From NCBI GenBank assembly GCA_040392235.1, contig JBEBWN010000001.1, forward strand, positions 1 to 50,256: a stretch of 50,256 nt of DNA, in the 5' to 3' direction. The notes under the pieces are model-generated. The model saw nothing but the letters and a program-made list of their open reading frames with translations, did not search any database and was not told the origin of the DNA. This DNA comes from Taibaiella helva. Its GTDB lineage: Bacteria; Bacteroidota; Bacteroidia; Chitinophagales; Chitinophagaceae. Below are positions 1 through 8,904 of this stretch, in pieces. A program made the translations under genes and the position numbers. The first letter of the stretch is position 1; the number at the start of each line of letters is the position of its first letter.

Positions 1-7
1 GGTGTAT

Positions 8-409
8 TTATATGCGTCTCTTTCGTCTGCTTTCTTTAAGCGCCTCGTTATGCGAATCGGGCGTTATATAATCGCGGCCGCCCACCTGTAGTGTCTTGAT
101 CTTACCCCTACTTTTATAACGGGCATAGGTACGCGGACTAATACGCAACAGTTCCATTACTTCATGCTTGTCGTACAGCCCGTTGAATACGGCAACCGGC
201 GCGTTGCCTTGCGGGCAGGATGATGGAGGAATAACCGGTTCGGTAAGCCGGTCCGGTATAGACCGGAAGAGCAGCCAGGGCAGTTTTTCGACAGTAGCGC
301 TCCAGAACTGTTGGGTACACGGTAGACTACGAGCTCGTTTTCGCAACCAAAAGCAGGACGGGAAGGGATCCTCTTCCAAATTTTGGTGAAATTGAGGAGT
401 GGGTAGCAC
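8..409 (-). CDS. Small helix-turn-helix DNA-binding protein (HTH_17/excisionase-like C-terminal domain); start uncertain and N-terminus possibly decayed
   Basis: The C-terminal ~55 aa LYDKHEVMELLRISPRTYARYKSRGKIKTLQVGGRDYI match the MerR/Xis-type HTH pattern common in Bacteroidota. The upstream part of the ORF has no recognisable motif and no ATG start. Confidence 0.55.
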   Translation of the reverse strand: MLPTPQFHQNLEEDPFPSCFWLRKRARSLPCTQQFWSATVEKLPWLLFRSIPDRLTEPVIPPSSCPQGNAPVAVFNGLYDKHEVMELLRISPRTYARYKSRGKIKTLQVGGRDYITPDSHNEALKESRRKRRI

Positions 410-631
410 CTCTCACGAGTCCTTTCACGGTACTTCGACGTGATGTCACGGGAGTGTGACGTCGTATCCATTTTTAAAAAGCAGTTGCTCCAGCTGAGTT
501 TTTGAGCAAGCCCTAAATAGTACAAGGATAGTGCCGTGTCAAGCACACTTTTTCGCCCCACTATTTCATAGCCTATTGACCATCAACCTTATTGAATCTT
601 TTGGTTTCGCCTTTTCCTATTTGACGTAGCA

Positions 632-3460
632 TTAAAGGTAGGCTGCAGTATAGCTGCCCTTTACCTTTTTCAGTCCTTCCGGAATACCACTGTATAACAG
701 GTTGCCACCGGCCTGCCCGCCTTCGGGACCAATATCGATAATCCAATCCGCATTACGGATAACATCGGTATTGTGCTCGATTACGATAATGGAATGGCCA
801 TGGGCAATCAGTTCATTGAAGGAACGCAATAACTTGTTGATATCGTGAAAATGGAGGCCGGTTGTAGGCTCGTCAAATATGAAGAGGATTTTCTCTTTAG
901 TTATTCCCCTGCCCAGGAAGGAAGCCAGCTTAACCCGTTGTGCTTCACCTCCGCTTAAAGTATTGCTCGATTGTCCCAGTTTAATATACCCCAGCCCTAC
1001 ATCGCTTAACGGCTGTAATTTTTGCACAAGGCTTTTCTCATCTTTAAAAAAAGCGATCGACTCGTCAACACTCATTTCCAGCACATCATGTATATTTTTC
1101 TCCCGGTAGGTTACTTCCAGTACTTCTTCTTTAAAACGCTTTCCCTTGCAGCTCTCGCATAGCAAATGTACATCTGCCAGGAACTGCATCTCCACAATCA
1201 CCTCACCTTCTCCTTTACAGGTATCACAGCGCCCTCCGTCTACGTTGAAAGAAAAATGCTTGGGCTGGAAACCGCGTATCCGGGCCATTTGCTGCCGGGC
1301 ATAGAGATTACGTATTTCATCATATGCCTTTACATAGGTCACCGGGTTACTCCTGGAGGATTTGCCAATAGGGTTTTGGTCTACCAGCTCAACCGCAGCA
1401 ATACGGTCCAGGGCGCCCTTGAGAGCACGGTGTGCACCCGGTCGCTCCACAGTTTCACCTAGTTGCCTCATTAAAGCAGGATACAATGTTTGTTTCACCA
1501 GGGTTGTTTTCCCCGAGCCACTGACTCCCGTAACCACACAAAGCATATTCAGAGGGAAAGCTACATCAATATCTTTCAGATTATGCTGCCGGCAACCTTC
1601 TATTTCGATAAAGTCGATAGCTGTTTTTGCCGGCCTTTTTACTTTACCACCAGCAATAACGCTTAAAGCCCCGGACAAATACTGCCCGGTCAGACTTTGC
1701 GGCGTATCCAGAATTTGCCGGTAGGTACCCGTAGCCACAACTTCTCCCCCAAGGTGAGCTGCCAGCGGCCCCATATCAATAATATAGTCAGCTTCCTCCA
1801 TCATCATCTCATCATGCTCCACAACAACCACCGTATTGTTAAGATCTCTCAGATTTTTTAAGACTTTGATCAACCGCGCCGTATCCCGTGGGTGTAGCCC
1901 AATACTGGGCTCATCCAATATATAGAGCGCATCTGTAAGATTGCTGCCCAAGAACTTAGTCAATTGTATCCGCTGACTCTCTCCTCCCGAAAGGGAATTA
2001 GCCAACCGGTTTAGCGTAAGGTAAGACAACCCGACATCCAACAGGGTTTTCAGTCGCTGCTTGATTTCTATCAGTATACGTGTTGCCACCGTTTCGTCAT
2101 GCGCGCTTAACCGAAGCTGATCAAACCATTGGGCCAACCGGTCAACAGGCCATTCGCTCAGTTCGCCGATATGTGCATGATTTACTTTAACATATAAAGC
2201 ATCGGGCCGTAACCGGGAACCCTGGCAGGTTGGACACTGGGTACGTCCCCGGTAACGTGCCTGCATTACCCGATATTGAATTTTATATAGATTTTCCTCG
2301 ACCATTTTGAAAAAGTCGTTGATCCAGCGCTGCAACACAATCTCCTGCTCCCGGCTAAGCTCCTGGACAGACTTATGAATAGGAAATCCTTTCTTCCCTT
2401 CCGAACGGATAAATGCTTCCTTCCACTCTGACATTTTTTCTCCTTTCCAGCAAACTACGGCGTCCTCATAAACGCTCAATTGACGATCTGGGATAACGAG
2501 ATCCTGGTCAATACCCAGGATTTGTCCGAAACCCTCACAAACGGGGCAGGCGCCGTAAGGATTATTATAGGAAAAGAAATTGGGCGTAGGCTCTTCGAAG
2601 GTCATACCGTCTGCCTCAAAACGATTATTAAACGTATGCAGCTTCTTGCCGGCAGTCTCAAGTATACACTCCCCTTCGCTTTCGTAGAAGGCCGTCTGCA
2701 CACTATCTGCTGTACGATGACGATCATCCTCGTCCCACTCCTCTTTGGTCACCAACCGGTCGATCAACAGATATACTTTTGCCTTAGCCGGGGGAGTCGC
2801 TACAGTACCTTCCAGAACGTCTTCGATCCGGACAACCTGTCCTTCCGCATTTTTGGCCGGCAGGACATAAACACGGGAAAAACCTTTTTGCAACAGGACA
2901 TTCATTTCTTCCGAAACATTGCGCCCGCTTAAGGTCCGGAAAGGTACCAGGATCTGCACTTTCGTATCTGCGGGTAATCCGAATATGAAATCGACGACAT
3001 CAGTGACATCATCCTTCTTCACTTCCTTACCGGAAACCGGCGAAAATGTTTTCCCGATGCGGGCATATAACAGCCGGAGATAATCCTGTAACTCGGTCAT
3101 TGACCCTACCGTAGATCTGGGTGTCCGGGTGGTCACCTTCTGCTCGATAGCGATTGCCGGGCAAATTCCCTTGATAAAATCAACATCAGGCTTATCCATG
3201 CGCATCAGGAATTGACGTGCATAGGCACTCAGGCTCTCCGCATAACGGCGCTGCCCCTCTGCGAACAAGGTATCCATTGTCAACGAAGATTTTCCAGAGC
3301 CGGAAACTCCGGTTACGACAACGAATTTGTTTCGGGGAATACTAACAGTAACATTCTTCAGGTTATGCATTCTAGCCCCCTGGATCACGATGGCATCCTG
3401 GTCTGATGGGTTTGAAATTCTGGGTGTTTTCTTTTTCGGCGGAATGGTTGCAGCTGGCAT
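632..3460 (-). CDS. uvrA: Excinuclease ABC subunit A (UvrA)
   Basis: Two ABC ATPase modules (GVSGSGKS / LSGGESQR / LDEPSIGLH and GVSGSGKT / LSGGEAQR / FDEPTTGLH) plus CxxC zinc pairs (CPVC, CPTC, CDTC, CESC). Start placed at ATG 3460 (MPAAT); the ORF extends to 3496. Confidence 0.95.
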   Translation of the reverse strand: MPAATIPPKKKTPRISNPSDQDAIVIQGARMHNLKNVTVSIPRNKFVVVTGVSGSGKSSLTMDTLFAEGQRRYAESLSAYARQFLMRMDKPDVDFIKGICPAIAIEQKVTTRTPRSTVGSMTELQDYLRLLYARIGKTFSPVSGKEVKKDDVTDVVDFIFGLPADTKVQILVPFRTLSGRNVSEEMNVLLQKGFSRVYVLPAKNAEGQVVRIEDVLEGTVATPPAKAKVYLLIDRLVTKEEWDEDDRHRTADSVQTAFYESEGECILETAGKKLHTFNNRFEADGMTFEEPTPNFFSYNNPYGACPVCEGFGQILGIDQDLVIPDRQLSVYEDAVVCWKGEKMSEWKEAFIRSEGKKGFPIHKSVQELSREQEIVLQRWINDFFKMVEENLYKIQYRVMQARYRGRTQCPTCQGSRLRPDALYVKVNHAHIGELSEWPVDRLAQWFDQLRLSAHDETVATRILIEIKQRLKTLLDVGLSYLTLNRLANSLSGGESQRIQLTKFLGSNLTDALYILDEPSIGLHPRDTARLIKVLKNLRDLNNTVVVVEHDEMMMEEADYIIDMGPLAAHLGGEVVATGTYRQILDTPQSLTGQYLSGALSVIAGGKVKRPAKTAIDFIEIEGCRQHNLKDIDVAFPLNMLCVVTGVSGSGKTTLVKQTLYPALMRQLGETVERPGAHRALKGALDRIAAVELVDQNPIGKSSRSNPVTYVKAYDEIRNLYARQQMARIRGFQPKHFSFNVDGGRCDTCKGEGEVIVEMQFLADVHLLCESCKGKRFKEEVLEVTYREKNIHDVLEMSVDESIAFFKDEKSLVQKLQPLSDVGLGYIKLGQSSNTLSGGEAQRVKLASFLGRGITKEKILFIFDEPTTGLHFHDINKLLRSFNELIAHGHSIIVIEHNTDVIRNADWIIDIGPEGGQAGGNLLYSGIPEGLKKVKGSYTAAYL

Positions 3461-3536
3461 ATCGTTCAATCTGGAATTTAAGCGCCGGAAGGGCATGCAT
3501 ATATACTAATTTAAATATCAGCATAGTGCATACAAC

Positions 3537-3568
3537 AAAATGCCGGTCATTCTTTTTGACGACCGGCA
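3537..3568 (-). terminator. Probable intrinsic terminator downstream of ligA
   Basis: Inverted repeat TGCCGGTC (3541-3548) / GACCGGCA (3561-3568), followed on the minus strand by TTTTGTT. Confidence 0.6.
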
Positions 3569-3644
3569 CTGTTCCGACCCGGATGTAAAGTTAAATCATT
3601 TCAGGAAGAGGCACCTGTATTTCAGGAACGCCTTCCTGTTAAAA

Positions 3645-5744
3645 TCAGGATTCGTTTAGTAGTGCCTCGAAAGCTGCTTCTGATAAAATTTGTATTGTAC
3701 CTATTTTCTTGGCCTTTTCCAGTTTGGAACCCGCGTCCTCGCCTACGATTAAAAAATCCAGCTTGCTGCTTACACCGGTTAGGATTTTTCCTCCCTGGCT
3801 TTCAACTATAGCCTCAGCCTCACTGCGTTTAAAATGTGACAGAGTACCAGTAAAGAGGAAGGTCTTGCCCTCCCAGGAACCATCGCCGTTCTTTGCAGAA
3901 GTATGACCCAACATATTTAAACCCAGGGCTTCCAACTCATCAACAAGATGTATATTTTCCTGGTTCTGAAAGAACTGCCTGACGGACCCCGCCACTTTCG
4001 GACCAATATCTTCCAGGGTACACAACTGCTCCTCCGTCCACTGCGCTAACTCCTTTAAGTGCGTAACAGCATGCGCCAGTGTTTTCGCCGTTGTTTCGCC
4101 CACATAACGAATGCCCAATGCAAAAATCAGGCGGTTCAATGGCTGGTTTTTCGATTTTTCGATCGACAATCGTAGATTGTCCACAGACTTTTCTCCGAAT
4201 TTTTCTAAGCCATGGAGCTTTCCGTAGTCCATTTTATAAATTCCTGCAATATCTTTCACAATACCCTGATCGTAAAACCGGCGTATAATGGAGTCGCCCA
4301 TGTTACGGATATCCATAGCATCTTTCGAAGCAAAATGTATAATGCGTTCTACAACCTGCGCCGGGCATTGTACGCTGGTACAACGCCATGCAGCTTCTCC
4401 TTCCTGTTTAAAAAGCGGCTCATGGCAAACCGGACAGGACTTTGGAAAAATTATAGCTTCTTCAGTTCCGTTACGCAATTCCGGGCTGGGTTTTACAATG
4501 TAGGGAATCACATCTCCGGCCCGTTCGACCAGGACGGTATCGCCTATTCTCAGATCTTTTTCCCGGATCACATCCTCGTTAAACAGAGATACGCTGCCCA
4601 CCACAACACCGCCTATAGGTACCGGTTCTATTTTTGCAACCGGGGTAATATTACCGGTTCTGCCTACCTGGAATTCCACGCGCAGCAATTTACTCGTCGC
4701 CTGCCGGGCTTTAAATTTATAAGCTATTGCCCAGCGCGGGTGATGGGTGGTCATACCCAGGCGGTCCTGAATATCCAGTTCATTTACCTTTACAACCATG
4801 CCATCTACTTCAAAAGGAAGATCATCCCTACGCTGCTCAAAATCGATACAATAGGCTATAACCTCTTCTATAGTTTGGCATAACCTCATATTATGTACGG
4901 GGGTATTAAATCCCATGCTATATAACCATTCCAATGTTTGATAATGTGTCTGCAATACAGCCGGCTCCGGTTGTTCATCCTGCACGGTATGGTAGCTTAC
5001 GTTATACAGGACGGCCGTTAATCCACGCTTGGCTACTTCCCGGGTATCCAACATTCTTAGACTGCCGGACGCCGCATTGCGGGGATTGGCTAAAGGAGGC
5101 AACCCCTCGGCTATACGCCGTTCATTAAACTTTTTAAAAGTCTCTTTCTGGATCATTACTTCTCCACGGATTTCGATCGTCTGTATTTTTTGCCCCGACA
5201 GCGGAGCCGACAAAGGAATAGATTTTATTTGCCTGATATTAGGTGTAATATCTTCGCCCTGTATACCATCGCCGCGGGTGGCTCCCCTCGCCAATCGGTC
5301 ATTGTCGAATATCAGCGATATACCTGCTCCGTCATACTTAGGTTCAACTGTATAGGTAATCTGCTCTGTACGGGCTCCTTCCCTGCACCTGCGGTCCCAC
5401 TCCATCAGGTCTGCAGCATTATAAGAGTTTTCCAGGCTAAGCATGGGCACCAAATGCGGCACCGTTGCAAACTGTTCGCTGATACCGGAAGCAATCCGTT
5501 GCGTGGGTGAATCGGGCGTAACCCATTCGGGGTGCGCTGCCTCCAACTCTTTCAATTGCCGGAATAAAGCATCGTATTCCGCATCAGCCAGTACAGGGTT
5601 GTCCTGTACATAATATTTCCAATCGTTATAATGAATCACACTGTGCAGGCGTTCTATCCTGCTGCCGGCATCTTCCTCCGGAAACTGCTGTAGCAGTTCT
5701 TTTGCCCATAAGGCAAGACGGTATTCATCTTCGGGTTGATACAT
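3645..5744 (-). CDS. ligA: NAD-dependent DNA ligase
   Basis: Adenylation motif EPKYDG, plus RGDG..GEDIT, EIRGEV, NPRNAASGSLR, PRWAIAYKF, CPVC zinc finger, HhH repeats and a C-terminal BRCT domain (TFLFTGTL...GSKLEKAKK). Confidence 0.97.
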   Translation of the reverse strand: MYQPEDEYRLALWAKELLQQFPEEDAGSRIERLHSVIHYNDWKYYVQDNPVLADAEYDALFRQLKELEAAHPEWVTPDSPTQRIASGISEQFATVPHLVPMLSLENSYNAADLMEWDRRCREGARTEQITYTVEPKYDGAGISLIFDNDRLARGATRGDGIQGEDITPNIRQIKSIPLSAPLSGQKIQTIEIRGEVMIQKETFKKFNERRIAEGLPPLANPRNAASGSLRMLDTREVAKRGLTAVLYNVSYHTVQDEQPEPAVLQTHYQTLEWLYSMGFNTPVHNMRLCQTIEEVIAYCIDFEQRRDDLPFEVDGMVVKVNELDIQDRLGMTTHHPRWAIAYKFKARQATSKLLRVEFQVGRTGNITPVAKIEPVPIGGVVVGSVSLFNEDVIREKDLRIGDTVLVERAGDVIPYIVKPSPELRNGTEEAIIFPKSCPVCHEPLFKQEGEAAWRCTSVQCPAQVVERIIHFASKDAMDIRNMGDSIIRRFYDQGIVKDIAGIYKMDYGKLHGLEKFGEKSVDNLRLSIEKSKNQPLNRLIFALGIRYVGETTAKTLAHAVTHLKELAQWTEEQLCTLEDIGPKVAGSVRQFFQNQENIHLVDELEALGLNMLGHTSAKNGDGSWEGKTFLFTGTLSHFKRSEAEAIVESQGGKILTGVSSKLDFLIVGEDAGSKLEKAKKIGTIQILSEAAFEALLNES

Positions 5745-5886
5745 GAATCTTACTTTCTAAAATTAAAACACAAAGAAATGTCTTTTTTCGCAAGTACATT
5801 ACTGCCATTTATTCCGGTCAACCCCTAAACCGTTGCCATAAGGCTTGCTATGCACAAAACCCATAGCCGATATACCCGCCCGCTGT

Positions 5887-6534
5887 TCAGGATGACAGCA
5901 ACCGTAGTTCCATAGCTTTCTTCACCAGGCCTGCGGTATTTTTCACCTCAAGTTTATGTAACAGACTTAAACGATGGCATTCGACCGTACGAATGCTCAC
6001 ATGTAACTTATCTGCGATATCCTGATTTTTATATTCTTCAATAATAAGCTGTAACACCTCCCTTTCCCGACGGGTCAATAAGGAGGTCGATTGTTCTTTT
6101 TGCTTTTTCTTTTTGAAAATATTGCTCAGCAACTGCTTTTGCAAAGCCTCGTCAATAAATGCTTCACGATAATAAGCCTGCTCTACCGCTTTTAACAGGC
6201 GTTCGTGATCAGTATTGCTTTTTAGCAAGTAACCAACACAGCCGATCTCCATCATTTCTTCAATATGATGGGTAGCTTCCAGGCTGGTTAATACAATGAT
6301 CCGGATAGCAGGATGCTCCTTCAATACTTTTTCAGCCAGGTCTTTACCCAATATATCAGGCAACTGCATGTCCAGGATCAGCACATCTGGCGCCTCCTCT
6401 TTTATACCTTCCAGCAGGGACTTGCCGTCGGTAAAAACACCGCTGACCTGTATCCCCTCGCGGGATTCCAAAACCGTTTTAAGTCCGGTTACCACCATAG
6501 GATGATCATCTGTTATGGCCACTTTTATCTGCAT
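5887..6534 (-). CDS. NarL/LuxR-family response regulator (REC + LuxR HTH), RR-A
   Basis: Receiver motifs DDHP, LILDMQLPD, VLTS, GYLLK and LuxR HTH LTRREREVLQLI...IADKLHVSIRTVECHR. Overlaps the kinase stop by 29 nt. Confidence 0.93.
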   Translation of the reverse strand: MQIKVAITDDHPMVVTGLKTVLESREGIQVSGVFTDGKSLLEGIKEEAPDVLILDMQLPDILGKDLAEKVLKEHPAIRIIVLTSLEATHHIEEMMEIGCVGYLLKSNTDHERLLKAVEQAYYREAFIDEALQKQLLSNIFKKKKQKEQSTSLLTRREREVLQLIIEEYKNQDIADKLHVSIRTVECHRLSLLHKLEVKNTAGLVKKAMELRLLSS

Positions 6535-8500
6535 AAGGGTGCTCGTCTTTAAAATTACTTGTCAATGGTATTTCAATATATACGGTAGTGCCGCGCGTAA
6601 GGTCCGATAATAATTCCATATGCCCGCTCATAGCTTGTATACGGTCCTCTATATTTCTTAAACCGGTACCAGTAGTGCTGCCACCGGTGTCAAATCCATT
6701 ACCGTCGTCCTCTACCGTTATTTCTATGAGTTGTTCAAAAAAATTGACCTGCACCAGCAGGGTATGAGCCGCTGCATATTTTAGCGCATTTTGCACCAGT
6801 TCCTGTACTATTCTGTATAACGACAATTCGAGGGTCTTATCGAGTGTGGAATAACCCGTGGTCATAAAATGTATACGGGTTGCGTTCTCGTTATCCATTT
6901 TACTGCAAAAATCGCTTAGGGCGCCGATAAGCCCCCCCTTGGCAACTGCTTCGGGCATTAGGTTATGCGCCGTTTTCCGTAAATCTCTCATCGTTTCGTC
7001 CAGGTAACGATAGCTTTGTTCGAAAGCGGAACGGTTGAATACGCTATTGTCAACCAAGAAGGAACTGAATCGTACTCTCACCGCTGTTAACTGGCTGATG
7101 ATACCGTCATGCAGCTCTTTACCAATACGGCTTCTTTCTTTTTCCTCACCCTCCAGCATAGCTTTAAATATGCCAATTTCCCGGTCTTTTTCCAGATTAC
7201 TTTCCGTAATTTTTCGCACTTTGACCTTCTGGCGTATCACCAAGAACAATACAATTGTAACAAATGCAACAAGCAATAGTACCGCAGCCATCCAAAAGTT
7301 CTTGCGCTGTATGGTCTGTTCCTTCTGGCTTAGTTGCAAAGATTGCAAGGCCAGCTCGCGGTCCTTTTCTGCCGTTCGGTAACGGGTTTCCAGTTCATTT
7401 ATATTTCGGTGACTTTCTTTGTTGAGTATGGAATCATACAATTCATGCGCACGCGCCAGATCACGGTAGGCCTCAGGGTAATTATGGTTATTCCTGTAGT
7501 ATCCGGCCCAAGCCATCAGGCATTTATATTGCATAGCCAGATCCAATCGTGTTAAAGCCAAAGACCTGCCCTCGGATAAATAATATACCGCCCGCTCCAT
7601 ATCACCCTGTTCTACACACAGCTCGCCCAGTGAAAGGTACAAAAAAGTTTTCAGCCGGTAATCCGCTATGTGATTCCGGCTGGCAATGGCCCTAGCACTA
7701 TCAAAGCATGCAAAAGCTTCCTTATTCTGTTTGACAGTACGGTGTAGGGTACCTCTTGCTGTCCAGGCATATATCTGCGCACTCCTGTCACTGTACTGCA
7801 TACTTAAGCGCACCGCCTTATCATTGTACAAAATGGCTTTCTGTTTTTCTCCTAGCTCTTTATAGCAATTAACGAGGCTATTATACACAGCCAGCAACAA
7901 AGCCGTATCTTTTAAATACCCGGCCAATTGTTCTGCCTGCATCAGATATTCCCGCGATTTATCTTTTTCTCCTACTGTCCGCAGAACGCTGCCCACATTA
8001 CTAAACAAAGCGGCTTTAGAACCACTATCCAGGCATTGATTACGTAACGCCGTGTCCAGCAAAGCATAGCCCCTGGAAAAATTACCCTCAAGAATATCTA
8101 ACTTAGCCAGGTTAATATACAAGGACACCAGTAATTTTTTCTTTTCGGGGTAATCGGGCGCATGTAATACCTGCTCCAATAAGATCCGGCTTTTCACATA
8201 ATCACCTTTACCTATATACAGCACACTGATACCCACTTGAACAAGATGCGTCCCATACAGGAAGCGATTGTGATGCGCCGCTGTATACACTTGCCGGTAA
8301 AGCAACATAGCGCTGTCGGGATCTGTAGTCCGCAACTGTCCAGCCCGCCTTATTTTCCCCGGCAGGGTACTGTCTTTTTCTAAACGATAGGCCAAAGCCT
8401 TACCGGGCTCAACCTGGCCCGAAACAAAGCTTCCCCATATCGACAGGTAAAGTAATATCGCATAGAATTTTATAAAGCTGGTTTTATACAGGACAAACAT
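6506..8500 (-). CDS. TPR-repeat sensor histidine kinase (HisKA_3 + HATPase_c), HK-1
   Basis: N-terminal hydrophobic signal, TPR-like helices, TM segment (FWMAAVLLLVAFVTIVLFLVI), H-box ERSRIGKELHDG, N-box QELVQNALKY, G1 EDDGNGF, G2 GTGLRNI. Confidence 0.92.
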   Translation of the reverse strand: MFVLYKTSFIKFYAILLYLSIWGSFVSGQVEPGKALAYRLEKDSTLPGKIRRAGQLRTTDPDSAMLLYRQVYTAAHHNRFLYGTHLVQVGISVLYIGKGDYVKSRILLEQVLHAPDYPEKKKLLVSLYINLAKLDILEGNFSRGYALLDTALRNQCLDSGSKAALFSNVGSVLRTVGEKDKSREYLMQAEQLAGYLKDTALLLAVYNSLVNCYKELGEKQKAILYNDKAVRLSMQYSDRSAQIYAWTARGTLHRTVKQNKEAFACFDSARAIASRNHIADYRLKTFLYLSLGELCVEQGDMERAVYYLSEGRSLALTRLDLAMQYKCLMAWAGYYRNNHNYPEAYRDLARAHELYDSILNKESHRNINELETRYRTAEKDRELALQSLQLSQKEQTIQRKNFWMAAVLLLVAFVTIVLFLVIRQKVKVRKITESNLEKDREIGIFKAMLEGEEKERSRIGKELHDGIISQLTAVRVRFSSFLVDNSVFNRSAFEQSYRYLDETMRDLRKTAHNLMPEAVAKGGLIGALSDFCSKMDNENATRIHFMTTGYSTLDKTLELSLYRIVQELVQNALKYAAAHTLLVQVNFFEQLIEITVEDDGNGFDTGGSTTGTGLRNIEDRIQAMSGHMELLSDLTRGTTVYIEIPLTSNFKDEHPYADKSGHNR

Positions 8501-8904
8501 TGCCTATTTCTTTATTGCACTAAATCACCTGAAGTTACAGCTATAAAAATACGCATTAACCCAAACAAAAAACGTATACGCCCTATTTACTTTGCTATGA
8601 AGAGACCTTTTTCCCCTTAACTGCATCTACTATTAAGCCCTTTCGCCAAGCGATAATGCGTGTAAAATTAAATATGCACTACTTTTAATATAAGTAAAAT
8701 ATACAAATCAATGATCTGCATCCTGCTTGTAATAAACTGAAGCATTTCATTAGTTGACCTACCGATTGGGCACAGGCATCCCAATCTGCCCCAGCTGCAT
8801 CTTGTCTATCATAAGAAATCTACGCCTATCAAGCCCTTTTCTTCTCAATAGGCCAGTGCATTTTTCTACTGCCTATTCCCTGCTTCGCTGAACTTCTAAA
8901 AAGA

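Noticed and set aside
3461-3644. SOS/LexA operator upstream of uvrA
   Set aside because: No convincing palindromic operator seen. The main inverted repeat here is better explained as the ligA terminator.
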